NCBI GenBank assembly: GCA_001783525.1 | Contig: MFMS01000006.1 | Coordinates: 21,074-85,073 of the forward strand | From: Candidatus Kaiserbacteria bacterium RIFOXYB1_FULL_46_14 | GTDB lineage: Bacteria > Patescibacteriota > Minisyncoccia > Phycocordibacterales > UBA918 | Length of the DNA: 64,000 bases | Direction: 5' to 3' | Shown here: positions 8,966 to 18,147 of the stretch, one piece after another | Layout: each line of letters begins with the position of its first letter | Numbering within the stretch: the first letter of the stretch is position 1 | Program-made: the position numbers and the translations under genes | The notes under the pieces: model-generated | The model's database searches: none | Told to the model about the DNA's origin: nothing | The model's input: only the letters and a program-made list of their open reading frames with translations

Positions 8966-10735
8966 ATGACGGAGGTTGTTTCCAAAATTAAACGCCTGCG
9001 TACCTTTAGCGGCGATGTAATGAACGCGCGTGGTGATTTATCCGTGCCAGAAACCACAACTCCACAGGCAAAGTTTGTTTTGAAAAAACCACAACCGACT
9101 GTTACTAGGATACCGCCGCAACCTGCTCCAATTCCAACCCTGCCACCTTTGCCGCCAAAACCAATAACACTACCACTTAAAGTTGCGCCGGTTACAGTAG
9201 TTGAAAAACCAGAACCAGTTGCAAAGACGATCATCCCGACCTTTGCTCCGCATATTATTAAAGACGAATTGTCTGCGCTTGATAAACCTGCCCCATCTTC
9301 TATTTTGGCCGTGCCTTCTAACCGACTAGATGTGATGGAGGCGGAAAACAGCATTGATGTCGGCAATATAATTTCAGATCGCAAAAATAAACGCTTCAAT
9401 GTATTTTCTGCTACCTGGGAAGCGGTGAAAGAGTGGTTCGTCTCCGAACGTTTGCAATTTGAGAAGCGACAAGATGAAAAGGAGGCGGCAATTCCAAAAG
9501 TTCGCCCAGTAGAAAGTCGCAAAGAAGTAGTAGCAAAGGCCGCCAGCCAAAGTGCCTTAGCACCAAAAGATGACCATAAAAATGTAGTGGTACGGCAGCA
9601 GACAGAGTCAGACAAAAAAGCGGCGGCGGAGGCGCCCGTGATAGCTATCAAGAGTAGTGCATCAGTACCAGCACCGAGCTGGTCACACTTTACCGGTGAA
9701 ATTCCTCTTGCTACTCCTGCCTCAACGACGGCAGAGATAAAGCCCGAACCAACTCCGACAGTGCAAGCGCCAGTTGAAATACCTGTTGTAATTAAAGAGC
9801 CCGAAGTGGTGAGCGTACCAGTACCGGTAGTGGAAGTAATACCAAAAGAGGAAATACCGTCACCAATAAAAGAAGCGCCTGTTGAAGCGCCGATCGCAGT
9901 ACCATCTTATGCACCAGTTGAAGAAATGGTTGAAGAACCCGCGACTACAAGTGCTAACGTAGTCGCGGAAGAAGAAGTATTTATACCAGAACCAAAACCC
10001 ATCTCACGAACACCAACTCGTTTTGCAACACCAACTCGCACACCGTTTCCGATTGTTCGTGTCGGCATCATTGGAGTAATGTCGATCGTGCTCGGCGTCA
10101 GTGCCTCACTATGGTTGTTTGGTGGCGGAGAAGAAACTAATCAAGAAATTGCTGCGCAAGACGACACCATTTCTCTCATTGCAGCTGATCAAAAAGTTGA
10201 CGTACCTGTAAGCAATGACCGTACCGAATTTTTGTCGGCCCTTACAAAAGTCTCCGTACCGGCTGAAAACGCGGTCAGTCTATTACAACCAAAGATCAAT
10301 CTTTCTGGAACAGTATCCACTCCGCCAACCGCGACCATATTACAGATTCTAAATTTGCAGTTACCGGGAAGTTTCACACGTTCAATTGAGACAATAAACT
10401 TTGGCCGTTACGATGGTCGATTCTTCATCGCGTTACGCGTCACCTCGTTTGAGGCTGGTTTTTCAGGACTACTGTCTGGTGAATCACTTCTGATTACTGA
10501 TTTATATCCACTGTTCGGCACTCCGGTTACCGGCACATTTGACCCATCCGCGAGAACCGCTGGCGGAGTGGTGGAACCATTCTTTGTGGACAGCACTGTA
10601 AAAAATCACGACGTACGTATCTTGCGTGACGAGCTACAAAAGGAGCGTTTGGTTTATGGATTCGTCAATCGCAACACTATAATCATAGCTACTGACAGCG
10701 CTGTCTTTGCCGCTGCTGCGGAAAAAATAAAGTGA
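8966..10735 (+). CDS. Proline-rich hypothetical membrane-anchored protein
   Basis: PxP-rich N-terminal half (PPQPAPIPTLPPLPPKP), one central TM helix (IGVMSIVLGVSASLWLF), extracytoplasmic C-terminal domain. Confidence 0.55.
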   Translation: MTEVVSKIKRLRTFSGDVMNARGDLSVPETTTPQAKFVLKKPQPTVTRIPPQPAPIPTLPPLPPKPITLPLKVAPVTVVEKPEPVAKTIIPTFAPHIIKDELSALDKPAPSSILAVPSNRLDVMEAENSIDVGNIISDRKNKRFNVFSATWEAVKEWFVSERLQFEKRQDEKEAAIPKVRPVESRKEVVAKAASQSALAPKDDHKNVVVRQQTESDKKAAAEAPVIAIKSSASVPAPSWSHFTGEIPLATPASTTAEIKPEPTPTVQAPVEIPVVIKEPEVVSVPVPVVEVIPKEEIPSPIKEAPVEAPIAVPSYAPVEEMVEEPATTSANVVAEEEVFIPEPKPISRTPTRFATPTRTPFPIVRVGIIGVMSIVLGVSASLWLFGGGEETNQEIAAQDDTISLIAADQKVDVPVSNDRTEFLSALTKVSVPAENAVSLLQPKINLSGTVSTPPTATILQILNLQLPGSFTRSIETINFGRYDGRFFIALRVTSFEAGFSGLLSGESLLITDLYPLFGTPVTGTFDPSARTAGGVVEPFFVDSTVKNHDVRILRDELQKERLVYGFVNRNTIIIATDSAVFAAAAEKIK

Positions 10736-10747
10736 TACAATTTAATT

Positions 10748-11110
10748 ATGGATACAGAGAAATACAAAAACAAACTAGAAACAGAACTAGCTACATTAAC
10801 AGACGAGTTGCGTTCTCTCGGCATTCACAACCCTGAAGTGTCAGAGGACTGGATTGAGAAGATGAACGATTCCGATACGGTCAGTGCTGACCCTAACGAT
10901 GTAGCTGATCGCACCGAAGAATTTGATTCGCGCCGTGCCGAACTGTCGATGCTTGAAGGAAGGTGGAACGATGTCCGTGATGCTTTACAAAAAATTGAAA
11001 GTCTCACGTACGGCATTTGTGAAGTATCCGGAGAATTGATTGAGGATGATCGACTAGATGCCAATCCTGCTGCACGCACTTGCAAAGCCCACATGAACGA
11101 AGTTGCTTAA
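10748..11110 (+). CDS. DksA/TraR-family protein
   Basis: Coiled-coil N-terminus plus C-terminal EVSGELIEDDRLDANPAARTCKAH. Only two Cys are retained instead of the usual four. Confidence 0.5.
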   Translation: MDTEKYKNKLETELATLTDELRSLGIHNPEVSEDWIEKMNDSDTVSADPNDVADRTEEFDSRRAELSMLEGRWNDVRDALQKIESLTYGICEVSGELIEDDRLDANPAARTCKAHMNEVA

Positions 11111-11241
11111 GATCGCGATCTGCTCCGCTCCGCATCAGTAAAATAATTATCACTGAACAATGAAGTTCACCTCAAATTATTTTCTTCGCTTGCCTTGCCT
11201 TAAGCAACTTCGTTTTAACTAATTAAACTGACTCATTAAGT

Positions 11242-12756
11242 ATGTCTATCGCCCGCATTCATACTGCCCAACCTGGAGTATTGCGTGGCGACATCATCAC
11301 GATTGAAGCAGACCTCGCTAGAGGTCTGTATTCGTTTGCGATTGTTGGACTGGCCGGCAAGGCCGTAGAAGAAGCGCGCGATCGAGTCAGTGCCGCCATC
11401 AAAAACTCTGGTTTCAAAAATCCAAAAAGTGAAAACCAAAAGATTGTAATTTCATTGGCGCCGGCTGACCTTAAGAAAGACGGGCCGCTCTTTGATCTGC
11501 CAATCGCTATCGCTTATCTTTCTGCCTCCGGCACAATAAAAGGCAACGTTGATAAAATTCTTTTTATTGGCGAGCTGTCACTAGATGGTAGTCTTCGTCC
11601 GGTGCGCGGTGCCTTATCAGCCACAATGATCGGAAAGAAAGCGGGTTTCACGGAGATTATTGTACCGGTAGAAAATCAGAAGGAGGCGGCCTTGGTAGAA
11701 GGGATTGTGGTTTATGGCGCTAAGACATTGACTGAAGTAGTTAATCATATTGATAAGGAGCGTGAAACACACTCTTTGCTTAGTCCCACTCCAGTTACTG
11801 AACTACCCTCAGATTGGTTCGACACCCACATCAGACTTGAAGATATTAAAGGGCAAGAGAGTGCCAAACGCGGCCTCATCATCGCCGCCGCCGGACTGCA
11901 CAATATTCTAATGGCTGGTCCGCCCGGTACCGGTAAGACTATGTTGGCGCGTGCCTTTCAAGGACTACTTCCACCACTTTCTCGCGAAGAAGCCTTGGAG
12001 GTTACGGCGATCCATTCGCTTGTCGATGGTCTTCGAGAGATCACTTCTGCACCACCGTTTCGCACACCACATCACACCGCAAGTTATGTAAGTTTAGTTG
12101 GAGGAGGAGCTACACCACGACCGGGCGAAGTGACTCTTGCTCACCGCGGTGTGTTATTTATGGATGAGTTTCCAGAATTTGATCGGCGCACTTTGGACGC
12201 TCTCCGACAACCGCTTGAAGATCGCGTAGTAAACATATCCCGCGTAAAAGGAAGTGAATGTTTCCCGGCCGACTTTGTATTAGTGGCTGCTATGAACCCA
12301 TACCGAGGAACAGAGGATGGGAGTACGGACTATGCCGCCTCAATGATGGAGACTTACAAGGGTAAAATTTCGGGACCAATTCTAGATCGTATCGATCTAT
12401 GGCTAAACGTGCCGCATGTAAATTACGACACCTTAACTAGTGAGCAAAAAGTTGGCGATGAAACGAAGAGAGCGAGAGAACAAGTGGCAAAAGCGCGCGA
12501 GCGACAAAGAGCGCGTTTCAAAGATTACGACGCAAAAGTAAACTCTCGTTTATCAAGCCGCGAGCTCGAAGCAATGGTGCCATTGTCTGCGGATTTTAAA
12601 GAGACGTTGCGTCACTCTGCGGCCAAACTTAATTTATCACCACGCTCACTTCATCGTCTGATTAAAGTCTCACGCACTATCGCTGACCTAAACGACTCTG
12701 ACAAACTTTTGGTAGAGCACCTACTTGAAGCTTTGCAATATCGAGTCAAACTTTAA
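11242..12756 (+). CDS. YifB/ComM family Mg-chelatase-like AAA+ ATPase
   Basis: Lon-like N-domain, Walker A GPPGTGKT, FMDEFPEF, C-terminal ChlI domain. Confidence 0.88.
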   Translation: MSIARIHTAQPGVLRGDIITIEADLARGLYSFAIVGLAGKAVEEARDRVSAAIKNSGFKNPKSENQKIVISLAPADLKKDGPLFDLPIAIAYLSASGTIKGNVDKILFIGELSLDGSLRPVRGALSATMIGKKAGFTEIIVPVENQKEAALVEGIVVYGAKTLTEVVNHIDKERETHSLLSPTPVTELPSDWFDTHIRLEDIKGQESAKRGLIIAAAGLHNILMAGPPGTGKTMLARAFQGLLPPLSREEALEVTAIHSLVDGLREITSAPPFRTPHHTASYVSLVGGGATPRPGEVTLAHRGVLFMDEFPEFDRRTLDALRQPLEDRVVNISRVKGSECFPADFVLVAAMNPYRGTEDGSTDYAASMMETYKGKISGPILDRIDLWLNVPHVNYDTLTSEQKVGDETKRAREQVAKARERQRARFKDYDAKVNSRLSSRELEAMVPLSADFKETLRHSAAKLNLSPRSLHRLIKVSRTIADLNDSDKLLVEHLLEALQYRVKL

Positions 12757-12767
12757 TACAACAAAGG

Positions 12768-12792
12768 GCCGCCTTGGGCGGCCCTTTGTTGT
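12768..12792 (+). terminator. Rho-independent terminator
   Basis: acaacaaagggccgcc-ttg-ggcggccctttgttgt. Confidence 0.75.
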
Positions 12793-12821
12793 ATTAAAGT
12801 TCAACGCAGTGATTTGCTTAG

Positions 12822-13099
12822 AATGGGTTGTGATCGAAGTCATTTTAAAACGGAGTGCGAGGAGTGCAAGGAAAATAATTTGAGCCGTATATGGACATAC
12901 GGTGAGAATTATTTTTCCGCAGCACGACAAAGCTATCCTTTTAAAATGACTTCGAGGGAACCAGCAACCCATTTTGGGATGCAGGACGCGGAGACAAACA
13001 AAAAAGATACGAGCTGTATATAGACATACAGCTCGTATCTTTTTGTGTGCAGGCGACAAAGTCCTGCGCCTAAAATGGGTTGCTGGCGCCGCGGACTTC
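12822..13099. repeat. Three degenerate copies of the M23 peptidase gene 3' end (one authentic, two remnants; one inverted) plus two small hairpins
   Basis: 12822-12850 aatgggttgtgatcgaagtcattttaaaa. 12939-12975 is an inverted copy encoding ...DFEGTSNPF. 13072-13099 is the real gene end encoding ...HFEVRGASNPF*. Hairpins at 12885-12902 and 13006-13039. Confidence 0.6.
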
Positions 13100-14212
13100 A
13101 AAGTGGAGGTGAGATCCGGTAGATTTACCACTAGTACCGACATAGCCGATCGTTTCACCAGCATCGACTAGATCGCCAACACTAACGTCATTACCAGAAG
13201 TGTGCGCATATAGTGTCTGCACTCCATTGGCATGTTTTACCACAATGTAATTACCGTAACCGCCATTCCAGCCGCCAGTCTTTGAAACGATGACTGCGCC
13301 AGATGCAGCTGCTCGGATCGGAGTACCACTTTGTGCTGCTAGGTCAACCGCGTTGTAACCATGAATACCTTGAGTACGAACTGCTCCAGGTACTGGGTGA
13401 GTAAATCCACCACTGTTTGTTGACGAGCCACCACTAGCTGTCTTGGTTGGAGTCTTGCCTTTCTTTTGCGGAGTGGCTGGCGCGGTATGCATCACCCCAC
13501 CTGGCACAACGATCGTGTCTCCAACACTGATGTCAGCTGCCGAAGCAAGGCGGTTGTAGGCGAGAATATCGTTTACCATTGCTTCAGCCTGCTCGGTGTT
13601 TTCAGCACCGTACTTTTTAGCAATCGAAGCGATGGTCTCTTTCTCTTTTACAATATGACGAATACCAGTAATCGGTAGGATGACTAGCTGATCACCGGCA
13701 CGAATTAGTTTTGGATCTTTAATGTCGTTGGCCCACAGTATTGTATTGATAGAAACGCCATACATATCAGCAATATGAGATAGGGTCTCGCAACGTTCAG
13801 GCGTACATTCGCGTACGATGTGCACGCTAATTTCACCAGACGGATTGACGACTGAAGTATCGGTATTGAATGGCCCGCCCGAAAGTAGTGCCCCCTCTTC
13901 ATAAATAAGATCACCGCCGCCCTGATTATTTTTACCGTCGGGACTAGTGCGGGCGGAAAGTAGCTTTACATCACTAGCACCAGTATTGGTGACGGAGCGC
14001 TCATAGACAATGGCATCGCTACTTAAAAAACCGGCCACTCCGGTAAATACACCAGCGTAGGCCGATAGGGGAAGAAAGACAATTAAAAACAACGTAGCCG
14101 CCTCGGCCAAAGAGAGGCCGCGGTCGCGGAAAGAAAGAACTCTATCTGTCGCCCGCTTCAGTCGTTTCATTCGACTCTGATCATCGGGGTCCTGTTCTGA
14201 TTTTATCGTCAC
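13070..14212 (-). CDS. LysM-domain M23 family peptidoglycan metalloendopeptidase
   Basis: N-terminal TM, two LysM repeats (YGVSINTILWANDIK..., IASIAKKYGAENTEQA...), C-terminal M23 motifs (HxxxD-like, GYVGTSGKSTGSHLHFEVR). Confidence 0.88.
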   Translation of the reverse strand: MTIKSEQDPDDQSRMKRLKRATDRVLSFRDRGLSLAEAATLFLIVFLPLSAYAGVFTGVAGFLSSDAIVYERSVTNTGASDVKLLSARTSPDGKNNQGGGDLIYEEGALLSGGPFNTDTSVVNPSGEISVHIVRECTPERCETLSHIADMYGVSINTILWANDIKDPKLIRAGDQLVILPITGIRHIVKEKETIASIAKKYGAENTEQAEAMVNDILAYNRLASAADISVGDTIVVPGGVMHTAPATPQKKGKTPTKTASGGSSTNSGGFTHPVPGAVRTQGIHGYNAVDLAAQSGTPIRAAASGAVIVSKTGGWNGGYGNYIVVKHANGVQTLYAHTSGNDVSVGDLVDAGETIGYVGTSGKSTGSHLHFEVRGASNPF

Positions 14213-14432
14213 AAGTTTGGGGGGACTCGCCGCCTACACTTACCGGGACGGAATTAACGCAGACCAATATGATACCGGAGCAGGAAACGGTTACAATTGA
14301 CGTATTGCACTTTTTCCACCATTAGTGGCAGTCGTCGTAAAAGCCTGTCTTTACTTGCTATTTTAGCTATTGACAAGTCTTTGATTAAAATTTCTAATTT
14401 CGTGGCCTGTTGTCATATATAATGTACGGCTG

Positions 14433-16409
14433 ATGAAACACCTAGAAGTACTAAACGAGAAGCAACGCGAGGCGGCCACCACTATCGATGGCCCGCTCTT
14501 AGTATTGGCCGGAGCTGGCAGTGGTAAGACCAAGACCGTTACCCACCGGATCGTCCATCTGATCTACGGGGGAGTTGCCCCGGGACAAATTCTGGCTGTT
14601 ACCTTTACCAACAAGGCAGCCAAAGAAATGCGCGAACGTGCCTTTGCACTGATAAAGCATTTTGTAAAATCAGACCAACCAGCTGTCACGGGACAACCCT
14701 TAGTAACAACTTTCCACTCCTTCGGTGTACGAATACTTAGAGAGTTTCATGAGGCTGTTGGACTACCGCGTCACTTCGCGATCTATGACCGCTCGGACAG
14801 TTTGCGCGCAATCAAAAAAGCCATTGAAGAGTCTGGTTACAATCCAAAAGAATTTGAGCCACGACGTATTCTTTCTATTATTTCACGCGCCAAAGGCGAC
14901 GCGTTATCTCGTGACGAATTTATGTCAGACGCCGCTAGTTATCCTGATCGTGTCGCCGGTGAAGTTTGGGAGAAATATGAAAATCAATTAAAGAACGAGC
15001 GAGCACTAGACTTTGATGATTTACTTTTGAAGACTTTACGAATGCTCGAATCAAAACCAGAGATTCGTCAGAAACTTCAAGATCGTTTTCACTACATTCA
15101 TATAGATGAATACCAAGACACCAACAAAGTTCAGTACGAGATAGCTCGGCTATTGGCAGGGGAGCGACAAAACATTTGTGTGGTTGGTGATATCGACCAA
15201 TCTATTTATTCTTGGCGCGGAGCTGACATCAAAAATGTTTTGCAATTTGAACGTCACTTCAATAATGCCAAGACTGTTTTGCTTGAAGAAAATTATCGTT
15301 CAACAAAAACCATCATTGATGCCTCAAACAAAGTAATTGCCAAAAATCGCAACCGCGTTCCAAAGACTGTCTTTACCAACAATGACATCGGCGAAAAAAT
15401 CACAATCTTTGCTGGCTTTTCTGGCACACACGAAGCCGAGTACGTTGCTCGCACCGCAAAGGAGTTGATTGCAAACAGCACCTCGCCTTCAGATATTGCA
15501 GTGTTGTTCCGCACCAACTTTCAATCACGGTCACTCGAAGAGGCATTTCTTAATCTTGATGTGCCTTACCAAGTGCTGGGTGTAAAATTTTTTGAACGGA
15601 AGGAAGTGAAAGATGTATTGTCCTATCTCCGACTGGCCTTAAATCCGGGTGGTACAGCCGACCTTGTTCGAGTCATCAACACCCCGCCACGCGGCATCGG
15701 CAAAGTAACTGTGCTCAAAATAGTTGAAGGTAAAAGGAATGAGCTTCAAGGTGCAACGGCCGGCAAAGTCGAAGCCTTCGAGCAGATGATGATGGACATC
15801 GCTGATGAAGCACGTACTAAAAAATTATCTGAAACACTGAAGTTCATCATTGCGCGAACTGGCCTCGAAATGACCTTGAAGAAGGGCGGTACTGAAGAAG
15901 ATTTGGAGCGACTAGAAAACCTGCGCGAGTTGGTTTCTCTTGCTACTCGTTATGATGAAAAAGGACCAGAAGAGGCAGTCGAAGCATTGCTTGAAGATGC
16001 CGCCTTACAAAGTGACCAAGATGAAATAAAAGACAAAGAAGAAAAAGATGCCGTACGCCTAATGACTGTGCACGCCGCCAAAGGACTTGAGTTCCCGTAT
16101 GTTTTTGTGACCGGACTTGAGGAAGGTCTTTTTCCACACGAACGACTAGATACAAAAGGGGTTGACCAAGAAGAGGAGCGCCGACTCTTTTATGTGGCGC
16201 TCACTCGGGCCGGCAAAAAAATCTGGTTGACCTACGCGCACTCTCGAATGATTTTTGGATCGACGCGCGTCAATATTCCGTCATCGTTTTTGGCAGACAT
16301 TGACGCTGACCTGGTTGAGATGGAAGGCGCCACAGACGGTAAGCAAGGAAGACGAGGTGGTTTGCTGGATGATTGGGACGACAGTTTTGAAAATGTGATA
16401 GAAATTTAG
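14433..16409 (+). CDS. pcrA: ATP-dependent DNA helicase PcrA/UvrD (SF1)
   Basis: LNEKQREAA...AGAGSGKT Walker A, DEYQDTN, and the remaining helicase motifs. Confidence 0.9.
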   Translation: MKHLEVLNEKQREAATTIDGPLLVLAGAGSGKTKTVTHRIVHLIYGGVAPGQILAVTFTNKAAKEMRERAFALIKHFVKSDQPAVTGQPLVTTFHSFGVRILREFHEAVGLPRHFAIYDRSDSLRAIKKAIEESGYNPKEFEPRRILSIISRAKGDALSRDEFMSDAASYPDRVAGEVWEKYENQLKNERALDFDDLLLKTLRMLESKPEIRQKLQDRFHYIHIDEYQDTNKVQYEIARLLAGERQNICVVGDIDQSIYSWRGADIKNVLQFERHFNNAKTVLLEENYRSTKTIIDASNKVIAKNRNRVPKTVFTNNDIGEKITIFAGFSGTHEAEYVARTAKELIANSTSPSDIAVLFRTNFQSRSLEEAFLNLDVPYQVLGVKFFERKEVKDVLSYLRLALNPGGTADLVRVINTPPRGIGKVTVLKIVEGKRNELQGATAGKVEAFEQMMMDIADEARTKKLSETLKFIIARTGLEMTLKKGGTEEDLERLENLRELVSLATRYDEKGPEEAVEALLEDAALQSDQDEIKDKEEKDAVRLMTVHAAKGLEFPYVFVTGLEEGLFPHERLDTKGVDQEEERRLFYVALTRAGKKIWLTYAHSRMIFGSTRVNIPSSFLADIDADLVEMEGATDGKQGRRGGLLDDWDDSFENVIEI

Positions 16410-16414
16410 AATCT

Positions 16415-17233
16415 ATGGTAACGAAAAAATTTGAAACCAAAAAATCACTAGGCCAGCACTTTTTAAACAATCCAGTTGTTCCGCGTTGGCTCGCGGACGC
16501 GGGTGAGGTGACCGTGGGAGATGTTGTATTAGAGATTGGCCCAGGTACCGGTGCTTTGACACGAGAGCTTTTATCGCGCGGTGCTAAGGTTGCCGGAGTG
16601 GAGGCAGACCCGCGCGCCATTGCGGTACTAGAGGAAGAATTTGGAGCTGAGATGGATACCGGCCAGTTTCGCCTTCATCACGCGGACGTTCGACGGTTCG
16701 ATCCAACCATACTAAACCTGAAAGATCACCAGTTTAAACTGGTGGCAAACATCCCTTACTATCTGACAGGACAACTTTTCCGTACTTTTTTATCCGGCAA
16801 CTTACAGCCGTCGTCACTAGTGTTTTTAGTACAGAAGGAAGTCGGTAAACGAGCGACCGACGGTTGCGAGAAAGGGGGCAAGGAGTCACTGCTTTCACTC
16901 TCGGTTAAGGTCTTTGGCGATCCTATATATGTGAAGACCGTCGGGAAAGGTCATTTTTCTCCGCCGCCAAAAGTGGACTCCGCCATCGTAAAGGTGTCGA
17001 ACATAAGTAGGGATAAGCTAAAAGGGCTAGACCCGGAATTCTTCTTTCAAATACTACATTACGGTTTTGGGTCTAAACGCAAGCAACTGCTTGGCAATTT
17101 GGCTAAGTTTTACCCCCGCACGTTACTTTTGGAGCACTTTTCTGCCATCGGTATCGACCCAGCCGCTAGAGCAGAGGACATACCTTTAGACATCTGGATA
17201 AAACTGAGCGAGCACCTCAGTAGAGTAGGGTAA
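16415..17233 (+). CDS. rsmA: 16S rRNA (adenine1518/1519-N6)-dimethyltransferase
   Basis: KKSLGQHFL...VLEIGPGTGALT SAM motif. KsgA family length. Confidence 0.9.
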   Translation: MVTKKFETKKSLGQHFLNNPVVPRWLADAGEVTVGDVVLEIGPGTGALTRELLSRGAKVAGVEADPRAIAVLEEEFGAEMDTGQFRLHHADVRRFDPTILNLKDHQFKLVANIPYYLTGQLFRTFLSGNLQPSSLVFLVQKEVGKRATDGCEKGGKESLLSLSVKVFGDPIYVKTVGKGHFSPPPKVDSAIVKVSNISRDKLKGLDPEFFFQILHYGFGSKRKQLLGNLAKFYPRTLLLEHFSAIGIDPAARAEDIPLDIWIKLSEHLSRVG

Positions 17234-17306
17234 GCGGGAGTTTACCAATGGTTAATAACAGTCATATATATGATGCCGGCGGCTGTTATAATTACCAGTA
17301 ATAGGA

Positions 17307-18146
17307 ATGGCGTTAGATTTACGTACGATTTTGGCATTTGTTATTGGCGGTGTTCTTCTCACTGGCGCTTTTTTCCTGAGGCCAGACCCGACCACCACAT
17401 CCAACACTCTAGCTAGCAAGAGTGCCTTTTCTTTACGGAACTTTATTCCAGTAAAGGACAGCGACAACAACGGCATCCCAGATTGGCAAGAACCATTTGC
17501 TGTCGGTACGATCAACCTAGATCGCACAACTGGCGTCAGCACATCGACCCTTACCGGACAATTAGTAATGTCCCTTGCCGACTACTTATCCGAAGGGGAC
17601 AAAGCGCCAGAGGAAGTGTTGTCACTTATTGGTAGCGAGCTGATGACGAGCGCCACTGATCCACAATACGGAAATGAAGATATAAATATAATCAGCGACA
17701 ACAGCCCTGTCGCCCTGCGTGCTTATGGCAACGCAGTTGCCTTGATCGCTACTAGATATCCACTACCAGCCAATACTAAAAATGAGATGGTCATTTTCAA
17801 TGATTCATTCTCACAAAATGACCCTGAACTTTTAAAGTCTCTTGATCCAATCATTTCTTCCTACAAAAAAGTGCGCGACGATATGTTGGAAATACCGGTA
17901 CCATCTTCTATGACCCGAGAACATTTATCCCTGACAAATGTTTATAACGCGCTTGCCATCGATATTCGTGGCTTTCGCAAAGTTCACGAGGATGCTCTAA
18001 CATCAACCCTTCGTCTTCGTCGCTACCCATCAGACGCCGCCGCTTTACAAGCAGCAATCTCCAACCTGTATCTAAAATTGCACCAAAGCGGGATACAATG
18101 GAGTGACGCTGACGCCGCTTCTAAATTTATAGAAGTGCAATTGTGA
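17307..18146 (+). CDS. Hypothetical membrane-anchored protein (first gene of the secretion-like locus)
   Basis: N-terminal TM helix, no recognisable domain. Confidence 0.5.
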   Translation: MALDLRTILAFVIGGVLLTGAFFLRPDPTTTSNTLASKSAFSLRNFIPVKDSDNNGIPDWQEPFAVGTINLDRTTGVSTSTLTGQLVMSLADYLSEGDKAPEEVLSLIGSELMTSATDPQYGNEDINIISDNSPVALRAYGNAVALIATRYPLPANTKNEMVIFNDSFSQNDPELLKSLDPIISSYKKVRDDMLEIPVPSSMTREHLSLTNVYNALAIDIRGFRKVHEDALTSTLRLRRYPSDAAALQAAISNLYLKLHQSGIQWSDADAASKFIEVQL

Positions 18147-18147
18147 T

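Noticed and set aside
8911-9651. 246-aa minus-strand ORF antisense to the proline-rich gene 8966-10735
   Set aside because: Low-complexity Ser/Thr/Ala composition mirroring the Pro/Lys-rich sense strand, and no start context. It is a typical antisense artefact of a compositionally biased gene.
12721-13164. 147-aa minus-strand ORF spanning the yifB-M23 spacer
   Set aside because: It runs through the repeat-remnant and hairpin region and overlaps the yifB 3' end. It is an artefact of the duplicated coding-like fragments.
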